From the IMG/VR virus record IMGVR_UViG_3300028886_000047: a DNA stretch of 64,000 nt. One strand, written 5' to 3'. The translations under genes and the position numbers were made by a program. This stretch comes from a virus. Lineage: Duplodnaviria; Heunggongvirae; Uroviricota; Caudoviricetes. Under the pieces are notes generated by a model. It was given only the letters and a program-made list of their open reading frames with translations, made no database searches and was not told the DNA's origin. Positions 1 through 10,748 of this stretch are shown here, one piece after another (the first letter of the stretch is position 1; each line of letters starts with the position of its first letter).

Positions 1-123
1 ATGATGACAATACCTCATATCATGCCACCAAGGATCAGAAGGGTTGAGTATCCACCATTCTACTATTAAATCAGAATAATCCAAGGGGTTAACTTCAATT
101 TCACAGTTTAATTTAAATTTCAT
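1..123 (-). CDS. hypothetical protein, runs off the window edge
   Basis: ATG at 123 just downstream of the primase stop; open to position 1 (MKFKLNCEIEVNPLDYSDLIVEWW...). Confidence 0.4.
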   Translation of the reverse strand, partial: MKFKLNCEIEVNPLDYSDLIVEWWILNPSDPWWHDMRYCHH

Positions 124-125
124 AT

Positions 126-1127
126 TTATTTAAATTTATAATTAGTTAAAAATTTTTCTACTAATACTTTCATTTCCTCTACTCCAACTTTTTTTATAGC
201 ATCTGTAAAATCTTTTGCCAAAGTTTTTGGGAGATAGTAATAATTTAAATTGGGATATTTTTTTCTAATCTTCCAAAGATTATGGAGTCCAGGCTTATCG
301 TTATCAAAAACTACAAGAATATGTTTAAATCTTTTTTGAAATTCTTCAATTTGTTTTTCTGTCGGAAATGTTGTTTCAGAATTAGGACTAATAGAACTAA
401 TTCCAAATCCTCTTAAACTAATAGTATCTTTCATAGATTTATTAATCACTAGTAAATCTCCAGTTTCAGGAAGTTGCTTATATCCTTGCAGAATTTTACT
501 TGTTAAATTTCCTATAAATCTACAACTATCAGAAAAGGGCATGTATATCTTCCACTTTTCATCACCATTTTTATCTTTTCCAAAATAATAACCATAAATT
601 GGAAATTTGGAAGTCGATGAAAATCTTAAATTTCCATTAAGAAAAACATGTTGTAGTGAAAATACATGATATTTTTTAAGGAGTCTTTTATTAATTCCAA
701 AACTTTTCCACCATTCTAATTCTTCCTCTGTAAAATCCTTTATTTGAACTTGAATTTTTGCTGATTCGGTTTCCTTAATTGATTCTACAATTTTAGGAGA
801 TTGTCTTGTATAAGTTTTAGTACTATCTATTAGATTAAAGTCTTGTGCTATAATTTTTAACGCTTCATAAAAATTACAGTTATACAATCTCATAACTACA
901 TTCCAACAGTCTAAGTGGTCACCTGTTGCAAAGTCATGTAAATATAAGACCCCATTTCTAGATTTATAAATAGATACTGTAACTTTATGATCATTACGCA
1001 AAGGACTCAACGCTAGTTTTTTGCTATTAACGTTGAGTCCAGTATAATGTTGCATAATGGATTCTTGATTAATTTTACTTAGAATGAAGTCTTTTGTTAT
1101 CTTAGGTTGAAATACAATAAAGTTCAT
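126..1127 (-). CDS. DNA primase (crAss-like, TOPRIM)
   Basis: 333 aa; N-terminal SPLR.D...DF..G..D motif and C-terminal TOPRIM-like KSMKD...FDND...KDFTD; lies in the replication cluster. Confidence 0.75.
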   Translation of the reverse strand: MNFIVFQPKITKDFILSKINQESIMQHYTGLNVNSKKLALSPLRNDHKVTVSIYKSRNGVLYLHDFATGDHLDCWNVVMRLYNCNFYEALKIIAQDFNLIDSTKTYTRQSPKIVESIKETESAKIQVQIKDFTEEELEWWKSFGINKRLLKKYHVFSLQHVFLNGNLRFSSTSKFPIYGYYFGKDKNGDEKWKIYMPFSDSCRFIGNLTSKILQGYKQLPETGDLLVINKSMKDTISLRGFGISSISPNSETTFPTEKQIEEFQKRFKHILVVFDNDKPGLHNLWKIRKKYPNLNYYYLPKTLAKDFTDAIKKVGVEEMKVLVEKFLTNYKFK

Positions 1128-1163
1128 TCCTATAATATATCAAGAATTTATATTATTTCAAAT

Positions 1164-1874
1164 TTAAAGAATATCATCAGCGATGTCATCAAGGTTAATG
1201 TCATCAGCATTATCCTTGTCATCAGGTGTAGAATCGTTCATAGGAGTAGGAGCTGCACTTCTATACTTCTTCTGTTGAGTGATTTCATAATTACTAAAGT
1301 ACAAATTGTCTCCTAAGAAATTTGTTGCAAAGATTTCTCCATTACGATTCAAACCACAAGCTCTAGGAAGTGAAGCATATATTGTTCCATTACTATTTCT
1401 TCCAACAAGTTTCAGATTTGTAACCTTATTCTTGGCACTTGGAGTACTGGCAGCCTTAATAATCAAATCAATAAACTGTTCAATAGTCTTAATCTTAGTG
1501 CCATTCTCCTTAATTTTCTTTGCACCTTCAGGATTCAATACTTCTGCAATCTGCATCAATGTATATTGAAATTCTTCGAATCGAGAAGGCATTACACTAT
1601 CATGTCCCTCTTTATTAGTAAGAGTTCTACGTGTCATATCCTCTTGAGTAGTTGGAATAAATATATTTTCAGAGAATACTCCAGGAGTGTTTTCATCTAC
1701 ACTCGTAAATTCTACTGCAATGACCGGATAAACTTTGTCAGGGTCTTTACTTCCCTTTAATTCTGACTTTTCAAGTTTTGTAAGTTTTACTTTATAAATA
1801 TCATAAGGCTTAAGACGCTGTGCTGCTGTTGAAGTGAAAGAAGTGTTTGCTAAATTACTAAAATTAAAATCCAT
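1164..1874 (-). CDS. putative ssDNA-binding/replication protein
   Basis: 236 aa with a strongly acidic C-terminal tail (DDINLDDIADDIL); replication context; family not confirmed. Confidence 0.4.
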   Translation of the reverse strand: MDFNFSNLANTSFTSTAAQRLKPYDIYKVKLTKLEKSELKGSKDPDKVYPVIAVEFTSVDENTPGVFSENIFIPTTQEDMTRRTLTNKEGHDSVMPSRFEEFQYTLMQIAEVLNPEGAKKIKENGTKIKTIEQFIDLIIKAASTPSAKNKVTNLKLVGRNSNGTIYASLPRACGLNRNGEIFATNFLGDNLYFSNYEITQQKKYRSAAPTPMNDSTPDDKDNADDINLDDIADDIL

Positions 1875-1970
1875 AATACATTAAATCATTTATAAATAAA
1901 AAAGAATTATCTAATTATTTATGGAATTATCTAATCTTATGGAATTATCTTATTGCTTTATTTGAAATAT

Positions 1971-2516
1971 TTACAGTTCAAAATTTATTTCATCTTCTAA
2001 CTCATCGCCAATTTCATCAAATTCTTCTGGCTCAGCAATTTCTTCTGGAACATTAATAATATCATCTTCTGGCTCTCCAGCTTCGCCAATTAATTTAAAG
2101 AATCCATTACGTCCTTCATAAGGAATGACATCAAACTCGGTTCCATAGTCAAGAAGATTGTCGTGTTTAGAACCTCTGCAACTAATAGTATATGTCTTTG
2201 TAAGTCTATTTCCTTTAGCAGGGTCTTCACACATTACTGGAACTACACTTCTACCACGTTTCTCAAAGCGAATATCAATCTTCATATCAGGTTCAAATCC
2301 AGTTAATTCAATTGCTCGATTATTTAATTGAATTTTACCTTCAAGCAAGGTTGCTTTAGGTTCAGTAGAACCATCATCCTTCGGTTTCTTTGTACGTGTA
2401 GAAGTTTTCTTAGCTTCCTTAAAATCTCCAAGAGTAGCCTCTTGTTTAAAAGTCTCACCTGTTTCAGTATCAACAAGTTCTATAACGAGCTTACAGCTAT
2501 TAATTTGAATATTCAT
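1971..2516 (-). CDS. hypothetical protein with acidic tail
   Basis: ORF track, co-oriented, typical codon usage. Confidence 0.6.
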   Translation of the reverse strand: MNIQINSCKLVIELVDTETGETFKQEATLGDFKEAKKTSTRTKKPKDDGSTEPKATLLEGKIQLNNRAIELTGFEPDMKIDIRFEKRGRSVVPVMCEDPAKGNRLTKTYTISCRGSKHDNLLDYGTEFDVIPYEGRNGFFKLIGEAGEPEDDIINVPEEIAEPEEFDEIGDELEDEINFEL

Positions 2517-2521
2517 ATAAT

Positions 2522-4434
2522 TTATAAATCATTATTTTCAAACTTATTTATAGTATCTATCACCAATTTCATATTAGGTTCAATATATTTTTCCTCAAAA
2601 CAACCGGCTACAGAACGACAAGTATCATTTCCATCAGTACGAGTCTTAAAGCGGTATTGTACTTCAGTTTCTCCGTCAGGTATATATCGTTCTGAATATA
2701 TAATATATGAGAAAAGTCCATCCAAATTAATCTGATTTGTTAACATTTTCAATATCTTGGATATAATTGTTTAAATTAAATTAGTTAGTTACTCTAATTC
2801 CAATTATACCTCTCTATAAGTTTCCTTATAGTTGAGACTAAATATTCATTGTAAAATTTATTTATTATAATAGTCGTTATAAAACTTAAAAACAAAATGA
2901 TAAGTTTGAGGTTGGATTCCTTTACAAGTTCTTCTAATTAAATTAGAATTTATTCCAAGTTCTCTTTCTGCCTCCGCGGCTGAAGAAAATTCTTTAATAA
3001 AATTTCCCTCTAAATCCAATTGAATTACATAATTAGATTTATCTATTTCTACATTTTCATTAGAATATCTCCAAATAAATCCTCCGCAACTTTTTTTTCT
3101 TCCCCTACATACCGCATTTAAATTACCTTTATCGAGTCCTAATTCTCTAGCAGCAGTAGCTCCACATTCCCATTCTTTAATAAAATTTCCAAATTTATCA
3201 TATTGTTTAACAGGTTTTCCTTGAATATTTATAATACTCCTTCTAACTTTTTCTTTAGTTTCTTCCGTTCGGGTAATACCTGTTAATTTTTTCGAAATTT
3301 TCTTTTTTGTTTCTAAGTCTCTTTCTTTTCCAATGATTTTTTCGGCTCTTTTACGAATAGTTTCTTCTGTAGGATGAGGTACATAGTTATCTTCTCCTCC
3401 TTCAGTTAGATTAGTTAATGAAAATCCCCACGTTTTTATTTGAGAAATCCAATATTTTTCTAACCATTTCCATTCGTCTTTATTTTCAAAAATCATTGAA
3501 TCTAATTCTTCTATTATAATCTCGTAGCCTTCATTTAATTCTTTATTTATCCAATTTAAAGAATATCTATTAGTTTTACCTAATTTTTTAACTTTTCTAG
3601 CATCACATAAATGACCTTGAAGTCTACGTTCTAAAGTTTGAGTAGTCTTTCCAACATACCTAATGTCATTAGGATTTCTAGTGGAAGCTAAAGTGTAAAT
3701 AAAAACTTTATACATATTTAATACATTTTAAAATTATGTATTAAATATATTTATTTTTTTGACTATCTCAAAATTATTTTTTACTTTTTTTACAACATCC
3801 CCATTTCAAATAAAGGAACTACCTTTATTTTACGTTCCCGATATGGAACTAGTCGTTACACGCGCCCGAAAATTATAATATTATTTTCTGCTTGGCTCGG
3901 TATTCCCATGATAGTTATTATTTTAGGGTTCACCGAATTAGGGGTAATACAGGCAAAATATTTACCAGTCGTCCACATTCTATATTCTGGATCGATATCT
4001 GTTCCAAAATTTTCAATATGAGATATAAATACTACAGTTAAGTTATCACGTAATTCTTGACAAGTTTGAATTAAATCATAATAATTCTTACTCATTACAC
4101 TAAACTTTTCATATCCTTTAACCAATGCATTCTGGAAAGTCTCATTTGAAAGTAAGTAATTGCAATCATCCAAACAAATAACCTTAATTTCTGGTCTGGT
4201 TTTAGATACTGCTTTAAGTATTTTCTCAATTTGAGAATAACTGTTGCTAATTAACCAATTTCCTTTTAACTTACCATCTTCTACAGATACTTTAACATAC
4301 TTTTTCCTAAATCCAGGTATTTGCAACTGTTTATTAGTACAACTAACAATAAAAGTTTCTTCGGGATTCAGGTACTTTAAGCTTGTGCTTTTTCCGCTAT
4401 TTGAAAGTCCTACTAATCCAATTATATTTGACAT
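2522..4434 (-). CDS. AAA_24-like P-loop ATPase, spliced: join(3964..4434, 2522..2749)
   Basis: Walker A GLSNSGKST, Walker B ICLDD; splicing gives ...WTTG|KMLTNQINLDGLFSYII, the expected continuation of this family. Confidence 0.8.
2750..3963 (-). mobile_element. group I intron in the ATPase gene
   Basis: Exon ends in U (ACTGGU|), intron ends in G (...GAUAUUG|AAAAUG); P AAUUCGGUGAA, Q AAUACCGAGCC, R GUAACGACUAG and S-like AUAUUUAGUCU are all present. Confidence 0.85.
2858..3715 (-). CDS. GIY-YIG homing endonuclease with NUMOD3/NUMOD1 repeats
   Basis: FIYTL...IRYVGKT..LERRL.GH N-terminus; C-terminal KPVKQYD..GNFIKEW..A..AAREL repeats; lies inside the intron. Confidence 0.85.
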   Translation of the reverse strand: MYKVFIYTLASTRNPNDIRYVGKTTQTLERRLQGHLCDARKVKKLGKTNRYSLNWINKELNEGYEIIIEELDSMIFENKDEWKWLEKYWISQIKTWGFSLTNLTEGGEDNYVPHPTEETIRKRAEKIIGKERDLETKKKISKKLTGITRTEETKEKVRRSIINIQGKPVKQYDKFGNFIKEWECGATAARELGLDKGNLNAVCRGRKKSCGGFIWRYSNENVEIDKSNYVIQLDLEGNFIKEFSSAAEAERELGINSNLIRRTCKGIQPQTYHFVFKFYNDYYNK

Positions 4435-5531
4435 TAAATAATTAAATTAAATGTATTATTTGAACTATCTACTTCGTGTTTTTCTTCATCTCCATCCTTT
4501 TCTAATATATAGTAAGGTGTTAAATATTTATCGTAATCATAAATTTCGTTAGGTAGAGGCAATTCGTGCCATATACCACATTTTCCAAAGAAGTTTACAG
4601 CAATCTCAACATCAGATTCTCCATATCTAGATTTTAAAACTGTTATAGTTCTAAATTTATCACGAAGTTTCTTAATATCATATCCATTGCCATAAGTATT
4701 TAATTTATCTCTATGTGGATTATAAATAGCAAGAACGACTTCAGCATCAGTAACAGGTCCACCACTGTCTTTAGTATCGTTAATAGTAAATCCAGTACGA
4801 GCTGCTTTAAATCTTTCAATACTCCCTTGATCTCTATTAGCTTGTTGAACAACTACTGGAGATATTCCACACATATTTCTAAGTGTAAGAAGATATTGAG
4901 ATATTAAATCGATTTCTTGCTTTAAGGTATGTCCTTCACTAGGTCTACAAATACCAATATGGTCTATTATTACAGTAAATATTAAATCTGGATCATTAGG
5001 AATATAAATTTTTCTATGTTCATCTTCCTTAAAAGTGCCTATTTTTTCAAGTTCTTTTAATAATAAAGAATATAATACTTTTGCATTTAGTCCTTTATCA
5101 TATACAGTCACTCTACTTTCTACTTTTTCTAGCCATGGTCTACACTCTTGAACAATATTATATAACTCGTCGGAAAGAATGTGTCCTTTTCTTCTAGAAA
5201 GTAATTCTTTGACAGAAACTTCAATTCCATAATGTTCAAATATATACATGGTTAAAAGTTTTCCAAATACCATATCTGGATTCATTTCAAGTGAAGCTAA
5301 CCACACTTTGTATTTATTATCCTCTAAATGTTCCTGTAATGGTTTATAAATATAACTAAAAAGAACTTCTGTACTCTTTCCAGAACCTGAATTACTAAAA
5401 ACAACAGTATAAGTTTGCTTAGTTACACCATCAATAATAGATTCAAGTTTTGGAAGACCCATAGAATATCCAACATTTTTACCTTCTCTACCTAACTCAA
5501 TTTCTTTTAAAAGAGATTCAGTTATAGTCAT
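4434..5531 (-). CDS. DnaB-like replicative helicase
   Basis: Walker A NSGSGKST, SLEM, IIDHIG, VVQQANR, LKSRYG motifs. Confidence 0.8.
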   Translation of the reverse strand: MTITESLLKEIELGREGKNVGYSMGLPKLESIIDGVTKQTYTVVFSNSGSGKSTEVLFSYIYKPLQEHLEDNKYKVWLASLEMNPDMVFGKLLTMYIFEHYGIEVSVKELLSRRKGHILSDELYNIVQECRPWLEKVESRVTVYDKGLNAKVLYSLLLKELEKIGTFKEDEHRKIYIPNDPDLIFTVIIDHIGICRPSEGHTLKQEIDLISQYLLTLRNMCGISPVVVQQANRDQGSIERFKAARTGFTINDTKDSGGPVTDAEVVLAIYNPHRDKLNTYGNGYDIKKLRDKFRTITVLKSRYGESDVEIAVNFFGKCGIWHELPLPNEIYDYDKYLTPYYILEKDGDEEKHEVDSSNNTFNLII

Positions 5532-5978
5532 TCAAATTCAAATATTATTTTTCCTCCAGAATAACATAGAGTAATTTGCTCAGTTGGAAGACATTTTTCA
5601 GCCAAATTGTAAAATATTGAGGTAAGAGAATCTTTAAGTTTATGTACTTCTTCTATACCAATCATATTTCTGTTGCCAAATCAATATGTGCTATATTCCA
5701 ATGTTCATCTCTAATATTCTGTGCTGCCTCACCTGGAGAATCTGCATAGCACCATTCTTTGTCATAATCACCACTTTTAGTAGTGAATCTTACTAAATAT
5801 TTCTTCATATTATTAATGTATAAAATTTATAACCAAGTATTCTTCAGGAACCCAATCTCGCTTCTTAATAAGATATTCTTTACTTTCTCTCCCTAGATTA
5901 GTTATTGGCATAAGCCTATGGTCGAAAACAACCAAATCTCCCCACTTATCTTTACATACTTGTAACTTTTCAATTAAT

Positions 5979-6251
5979 TCAGATATTGTCATTTAAAAAA
6001 TCCTCAAATTGTTTGTTCAATGGTTTACCCATATTAAAAGAATTAATAATTTCTTTTAAATCCATTATACAATCTTCAAAAGTATCAAATGATTTTCTAG
6101 AAGATGCAGGATATTTACATCCAATATATAATCTTTCAGAATCTTTTCTTCTATCTGTTATCATCCACCAATGTTTTATAGAATTATCATCATATAATTC
6201 AGAAAGAATAGTTGGAATTAATCCTTTATTTTTTAATTCAGTTATTGTCAT
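5979..6251 (-). CDS. hypothetical protein
   Basis: ORF track; overlapping start/stop with neighbours. Confidence 0.55.
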   Translation of the reverse strand: MTITELKNKGLIPTILSELYDDNSIKHWWMITDRRKDSERLYIGCKYPASSRKSFDTFEDCIMDLKEIINSFNMGKPLNKQFEDFLNDNI

Positions 6252-6634
6252 TTATTTCCATTTTTAATTATTATATCAACAATTTCTTCTGGAGATAGAA
6301 TACATTCATCATCTGTATAAATGCTAGATTGTTCTATGTTGTAAACAATATTATCACGATCTTTCCAACAACGTTTAATTTGATTTTGCTTTTCTTTGTC
6401 TACTATTTTCTGGCACGTCTTTTTGATAAGTTCAAAAGCTTCTTCCTTTTCGTCTTCACTTATATCATAATCGTCCCAGAAATAATCAAAGTTTGCATCA
6501 AAATCTTCTCTATCCCAAGGTTCTCCTTCAGCCCATTTCTTTACATTAAACTCGTGTTGAACAAAATTGTTAACTAGTTCATCCATAGTTACATCTTCAG
6601 TAACTTCTACATATTCATACTTTGTTTTTTTCAT
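6248..6634 (-). CDS. hypothetical protein
   Basis: ORF track; overlapping start/stop with neighbours. Confidence 0.6.
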   Translation of the reverse strand: MKKTKYEYVEVTEDVTMDELVNNFVQHEFNVKKWAEGEPWDREDFDANFDYFWDDYDISEDEKEEAFELIKKTCQKIVDKEKQNQIKRCWKDRDNIVYNIEQSSIYTDDECILSPEEIVDIIIKNGNK

Positions 6635-7233
6635 ATCATTTTTATAGCTTCTGTATTAACGTTAATTCCTTCTCCATTCTTCATAGCTTCAATAGCTAAC
6701 CAACTATTATCTATAATAAACGAATCTAATGTGGAGAAATTATATCCATTATCAATTCCCCAACGAATAAGTTCTATAATATGTTGGTGAGTTTCTGGAT
6801 TATTCTTTATATATTTAGAATACTTTAAGAAAGCTTGTTCTAAGCTATCGAAATGCTTTGACACTCTCTTCAAGTTGTACAAAGAACCATTTACTATAGT
6901 ACTTTGAGGATAAGATTCAAATAATTCTTGCCCCATTTCAAAAGAAGCTCTAAAGAATTGTTTTTGAAAGTTCTGATTAAAAGGAATGTCTTCAACTATC
7001 AATTGACTCCCTTCCTTCGGAAGTTTCCAACTCTTTAGAATTATTCCTTTTTCTTGAAGACTTTCTATGAGAGGTCTTAATTTTTGTATTTGAGCATATC
7101 TTTGCAGCCATTCATATTCTCCTTCTTCTTTAGCCAACAGAATTACTCTTATAGTGAATAACTCTGTTGGCGATAATTTATAACGCTCTAATAAACATAA
7201 TTCATTGTCTATTTCGAATTTAAAATGTTCCAC
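6631..7233 (-). CDS. conserved replication-region protein
   Basis: 200 aa between the two helicases; function not recognisable. Confidence 0.55.
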   Translation of the reverse strand: MEHFKFEIDNELCLLERYKLSPTELFTIRVILLAKEEGEYEWLQRYAQIQKLRPLIESLQEKGIILKSWKLPKEGSQLIVEDIPFNQNFQKQFFRASFEMGQELFESYPQSTIVNGSLYNLKRVSKHFDSLEQAFLKYSKYIKNNPETHQHIIELIRWGIDNGYNFSTLDSFIIDNSWLAIEAMKNGEGINVNTEAIKMI

Positions 7234-7265
7234 AGCTTATAACATAAAGTTAAGCTGCTAAAGTG

Positions 7266-7451
7266 TTATACTGATTTCTCAGGTTTATTCAATGCATAAT
7301 CAATTAAAAATTCATCTAATAAATTAAATAAATCTGAATCCATTTTTCCTCTATCATAATCATTTAAAACAGAATCCCAACCGTCATAGTCGGTAGCTAA
7401 ATGATTAAGTATTAAAAGGATTGCTAATTTTACTTTTCTTTCAATTACCAT
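7266..7451 (-). CDS. hypothetical protein
   Basis: ORF track. Confidence 0.45.
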   Translation of the reverse strand: MVIERKVKLAILLILNHLATDYDGWDSVLNDYDRGKMDSDLFNLLDEFLIDYALNKPEKSV

Positions 7452-8704
7452 CTGAATAAAAGCTGTTGTATTTTTTTCTTATATTCTTCTGGTTCTTCAT
7501 GGCGAAGAACTTTTTCAAGATTTTCTTCATCAATGGTTATAAAGTCTTTATCTCGTTTATGGGAATTGTCATGCCATTTTTCTTCGACTGTATCTTTAAT
7601 AATCAAATAAAATACTTCTGCAACCTTATTACCTTCTTTTCTGATTGCACGACCTTTTCTTTGTCGAGCTTTAGTTTCGGAACTATCTGTTCCAAGAATT
7701 ATTGCTACTGAAAGTCCTGGTATATCTAAACCTTCATCAGCTTTACGAATTGTGTGAATATTTCCTGTAGTTTGTGCATTAAAATCTTCAATCATAATTC
7801 GACCCTTTTTCTTAGAAACTTTTCCAGAATAAACGTTATTTCCATTTTCAATAGCTTCAGCCATTTTTATATTATTAGAAAATGTTATAATCTTTTTATC
7901 CTTTCGAGCTTCTAAAATCTTTCGGGTTATTTCTATTTTTTTAGGATGGTTATTTATAAAAGCTTTTCTTTTTTGTATAACTCTCATAAATCCTATAGAA
8001 TTGACTGTAATTGCTTTAAGAATGTCTTTTCTTTTGGATTCGTCTTTGCCTTTATACATTTCATTTACAAGCTCTAATTTATATTTCCATCCATCTTTTC
8101 CGCAACATTTTTTAGCTTTATTAAAATCAAAATCAAAAAATTCAAAATATTTTACAAACTCTTTATTAAGTTGTTTGTAATAATCAATATCTTCAACCTC
8201 TAATAAAACTTTGTATTCTTTATATTCAGATACCCATCCATTTGCTTGACATTCAACTAATGGAATGTCATCTACTATTGGACAGTATTTCTGCATTATG
8301 ACATGTTTTCCGTCAAGTCTTTCAAATGTTGCTGTTAATCCTAAAATTAATTTGTATTTTACTTTATTAAAAATTTGTCTAAATGTATCAGAATTCATTC
8401 GATGACATTCATCTATTGTAAGTAAATCACAAGTCCAGTTATGTTCAATTACTGTGTTAATTACTTGTATCTCTACATTAAATGTAAATCCCCATTCGTC
8501 AACTAAACCTTGCCATTGATCTTTTAAGCCTGTAGTAGGGACAACAACTAATATTCGTAATGTTGGATATTTCTTCAAAAGGGCTTTAAAAGTCATTAAT
8601 CCTACCATAGTTTTCCCAAATCCCGTAGCACCAACTATCGTTCCTTTACCTTTTGCAGCTATCCACTTCTTTACACATAGTCGTTGTCGTTCAGTTCTAG
8701 TCAA
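7445..8704 (-). CDS. superfamily 2 helicase (DExH, UvsW/Res-like)
   Basis: ATGFGKT, IDECH, LGLTAT, DEGLDIP, QRKGRAIR motifs. Confidence 0.9.
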   Translation of the reverse strand: MTRTERQRLCVKKWIAAKGKGTIVGATGFGKTMVGLMTFKALLKKYPTLRILVVVPTTGLKDQWQGLVDEWGFTFNVEIQVINTVIEHNWTCDLLTIDECHRMNSDTFRQIFNKVKYKLILGLTATFERLDGKHVIMQKYCPIVDDIPLVECQANGWVSEYKEYKVLLEVEDIDYYKQLNKEFVKYFEFFDFDFNKAKKCCGKDGWKYKLELVNEMYKGKDESKRKDILKAITVNSIGFMRVIQKRKAFINNHPKKIEITRKILEARKDKKIITFSNNIKMAEAIENGNNVYSGKVSKKKGRIMIEDFNAQTTGNIHTIRKADEGLDIPGLSVAIILGTDSSETKARQRKGRAIRKEGNKVAEVFYLIIKDTVEEKWHDNSHKRDKDFITIDEENLEKVLRHEEPEEYKKKIQQLLFRW

Positions 8705-9554
8705 TAGTTATTCCTTTTTCTTCTGCTATTGCAACAATTTGTTTTTGTAATCGTTGCCAATTCCAAATATGATTATCTACTTCCATTTGATAGCGGAGTA
8801 ATACTTTATTTCTCAGTGTTACAAGCTGTTCAGTAGTCATATCGGAATATCTCTGTTTCTTTGGCAACATCAACATTGCACGCATTTCTTTGAAGGACAA
8901 TCCTTTTTCACTTATTCTAAGAACTAATTTTGAAGGCAAACGAAGTCTTTCTTTGGCGATTTTTAGACGTTCAATATTACTTTGTGCTTTTAATTCAGAT
9001 TCTTCTTGCTTAGTAAACCACAATCCCATCTTAGTAATAAATGTCATGGTAAGGTGTTCTTTATTAAAAGCTCCAAGATTATTAGTACATCCTTTTAATA
9101 CATCAGCAATACTTATATCTTGAAATTCAGAAGGAAGATTTTCCGTAATCCTGGAGATGGGAACTTTGTTCCAATCCTCAATTTCTGGATTCTTATGCAT
9201 CAATTCTCTCAAACTTATCATCAGAGAATATCTCTTAATGTCTCCACGAGTATCATCCTGCATATAAGCATTTTCGAAATATCGAAGTAACAACTCTATG
9301 TTACAACACTTAATTTGTTCACTTACTTCATCAAGAACATTGAATCGGCCAAGATGTTTCGGGTCTTCATTCCAAAGCATTCTATCGCAGTGTTTATAAC
9401 ATTTACGAAGCTCTGCTTCATCCATATCAATAATTCTTTTTGAATCTTGAACATACTTATCTCCTTCTTTTCTTTTTTCACCTTTCCAAATTACATTGGC
9501 ATACCTACTTAAACCTGCTTCTTTCAAAGCATTACTCATTACTGTGTCTTGCAT
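8697..9554 (-). CDS. hypothetical protein
   Basis: 285 aa, co-oriented. Confidence 0.65.
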   Translation of the reverse strand: MQDTVMSNALKEAGLSRYANVIWKGEKRKEGDKYVQDSKRIIDMDEAELRKCYKHCDRMLWNEDPKHLGRFNVLDEVSEQIKCCNIELLLRYFENAYMQDDTRGDIKRYSLMISLRELMHKNPEIEDWNKVPISRITENLPSEFQDISIADVLKGCTNNLGAFNKEHLTMTFITKMGLWFTKQEESELKAQSNIERLKIAKERLRLPSKLVLRISEKGLSFKEMRAMLMLPKKQRYSDMTTEQLVTLRNKVLLRYQMEVDNHIWNWQRLQKQIVAIAEEKGITID

Positions 9555-9564
9555 TTAACTTTTT

Positions 9565-9870
9565 TCATAAAATAATCTGCTTTAAATTATCTTTATTTTC
9601 TTTAACAAATTTAATAAATATTATATTTGTATAATTATACGGTATGAAATCTTTTCCATCATACCAACTATCTACTCCAGCTATAACTTCTTTATAAGTT
9701 AAATAGCCTTTTTCTCCAATATCTAAATTACGATGCTCCCAATTTGGCCAACGTGTACACATTAAATACTGATGACCAAAGGGAGCATTGTCTAAATTTT
9801 TAAAAACATATGTTGTATATCCACCTATGTCATGTTCTTTCGCTAATAATTGACAATATATAGTTACCAC
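9565..9870 (-). CDS. hypothetical protein (possible OB-fold)
   Basis: ORF track. Confidence 0.55.
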   Translation of the reverse strand: MVTIYCQLLAKEHDIGGYTTYVFKNLDNAPFGHQYLMCTRWPNWEHRNLDIGEKGYLTYKEVIAGVDSWYDGKDFIPYNYTNIIFIKFVKENKDNLKQIIL

Positions 9871-10166
9871 TTAATTTTTTTACGAGGAATGGTATCTTTT
9901 TCTGTAGGAATTACATACCATCGACACATATCCTTAATATGTTCTTCATACAAGTCTTCAATAGACATTCCTGTTATATTATGTTCTTCACTTATCTGAG
10001 CATAGGAAGGAAGTCCATATTTTCCCTCATATTTAAAATAAAGTGCTTTAGCCTCATCATAAGCTAACTTTTTAGCTTCTTCTTCAGAGAATAAGTTCTT
10101 AGTATATTGATAACGAGTATGTAATTTCTTTCCTATTGTTCCAAAATAAATATTATATTGTGTCAT
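9864..10166 (-). CDS. hypothetical protein
   Basis: ORF track. Confidence 0.55.
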   Translation of the reverse strand: MTQYNIYFGTIGKKLHTRYQYTKNLFSEEEAKKLAYDEAKALYFKYEGKYGLPSYAQISEEHNITGMSIEDLYEEHIKDMCRWYVIPTEKDTIPRKKIKW

Positions 10167-10507
10167 AAAATACTTAATATTAATAATAATATACTACTAA
10201 TACCTAATGTAGTATTAGCTATTTTTAAATTACGAATTTTCTTTTTATCAGATTTAGATTTATCTTTATAAACTTGTATTTCTTCTTTGAGAGATTGTGA
10301 TTCTTTTTCTTGAAGTTTATTAAGACTTTCTAAAGCTGTAATTTTTTCTTTTAAGAGTGGATTTTCTATAGACAATTTCTCATGTTCTGAAAATATTAAA
10401 GCCACTACTTTAACAGTATCAATTTCTCCTGATTTTGTCTATATATCGTTTAATGTAATCGTCTGTGAAAATCCGATTAACGGAATCAGGCTGATGAATA
10501 ATATCAT
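10163..10507 (-). CDS. signal-peptide/TM coiled-coil protein, spanin-like; one in-frame TAG
   Basis: ATG at 10507 gives MILFISLIPLIGFSQTITLNDI(TAG)TKSGEIDTVKVVALIFSEHEK..., in frame with ORF 10163..10405; C-terminal TM; overlaps the upstream gene. Confidence 0.6.
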
Positions 10508-10748
10508 TAACTACTTTTTCATAGTGTTTCTCATTTTTAATAATTTCCTTATCAACTGTTATTATAACAGTCTTTACACTATCTTTCTTCTTCTCTATCG
10601 AATCTAATTGAGATTCTATTTTCTTTAACCGAGATAAAATCTCATTATCAGAAGGTGGTGGAGAATTAGAAATTCCCCACCAATATACTCCTATTATTAC
10701 TAAGATTAAAGAAGCACAAATTAAGATTGTTCTACTTTTTTCTGACAT
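10419..10748 (-). CDS. N-terminal TM coiled-coil protein, i-spanin-like
   Basis: TM ILICASLILVIIGVYWW followed by coiled coil. Confidence 0.5.
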   Translation of the reverse strand: MSEKSRTILICASLILVIIGVYWWGISNSPPPSDNEILSRLKKIESQLDSIEKKKDSVKTVIITVDKEIIKNEKHYEKVVNDIIHQPDSVNRIFTDDYIKRYIDKIRRN

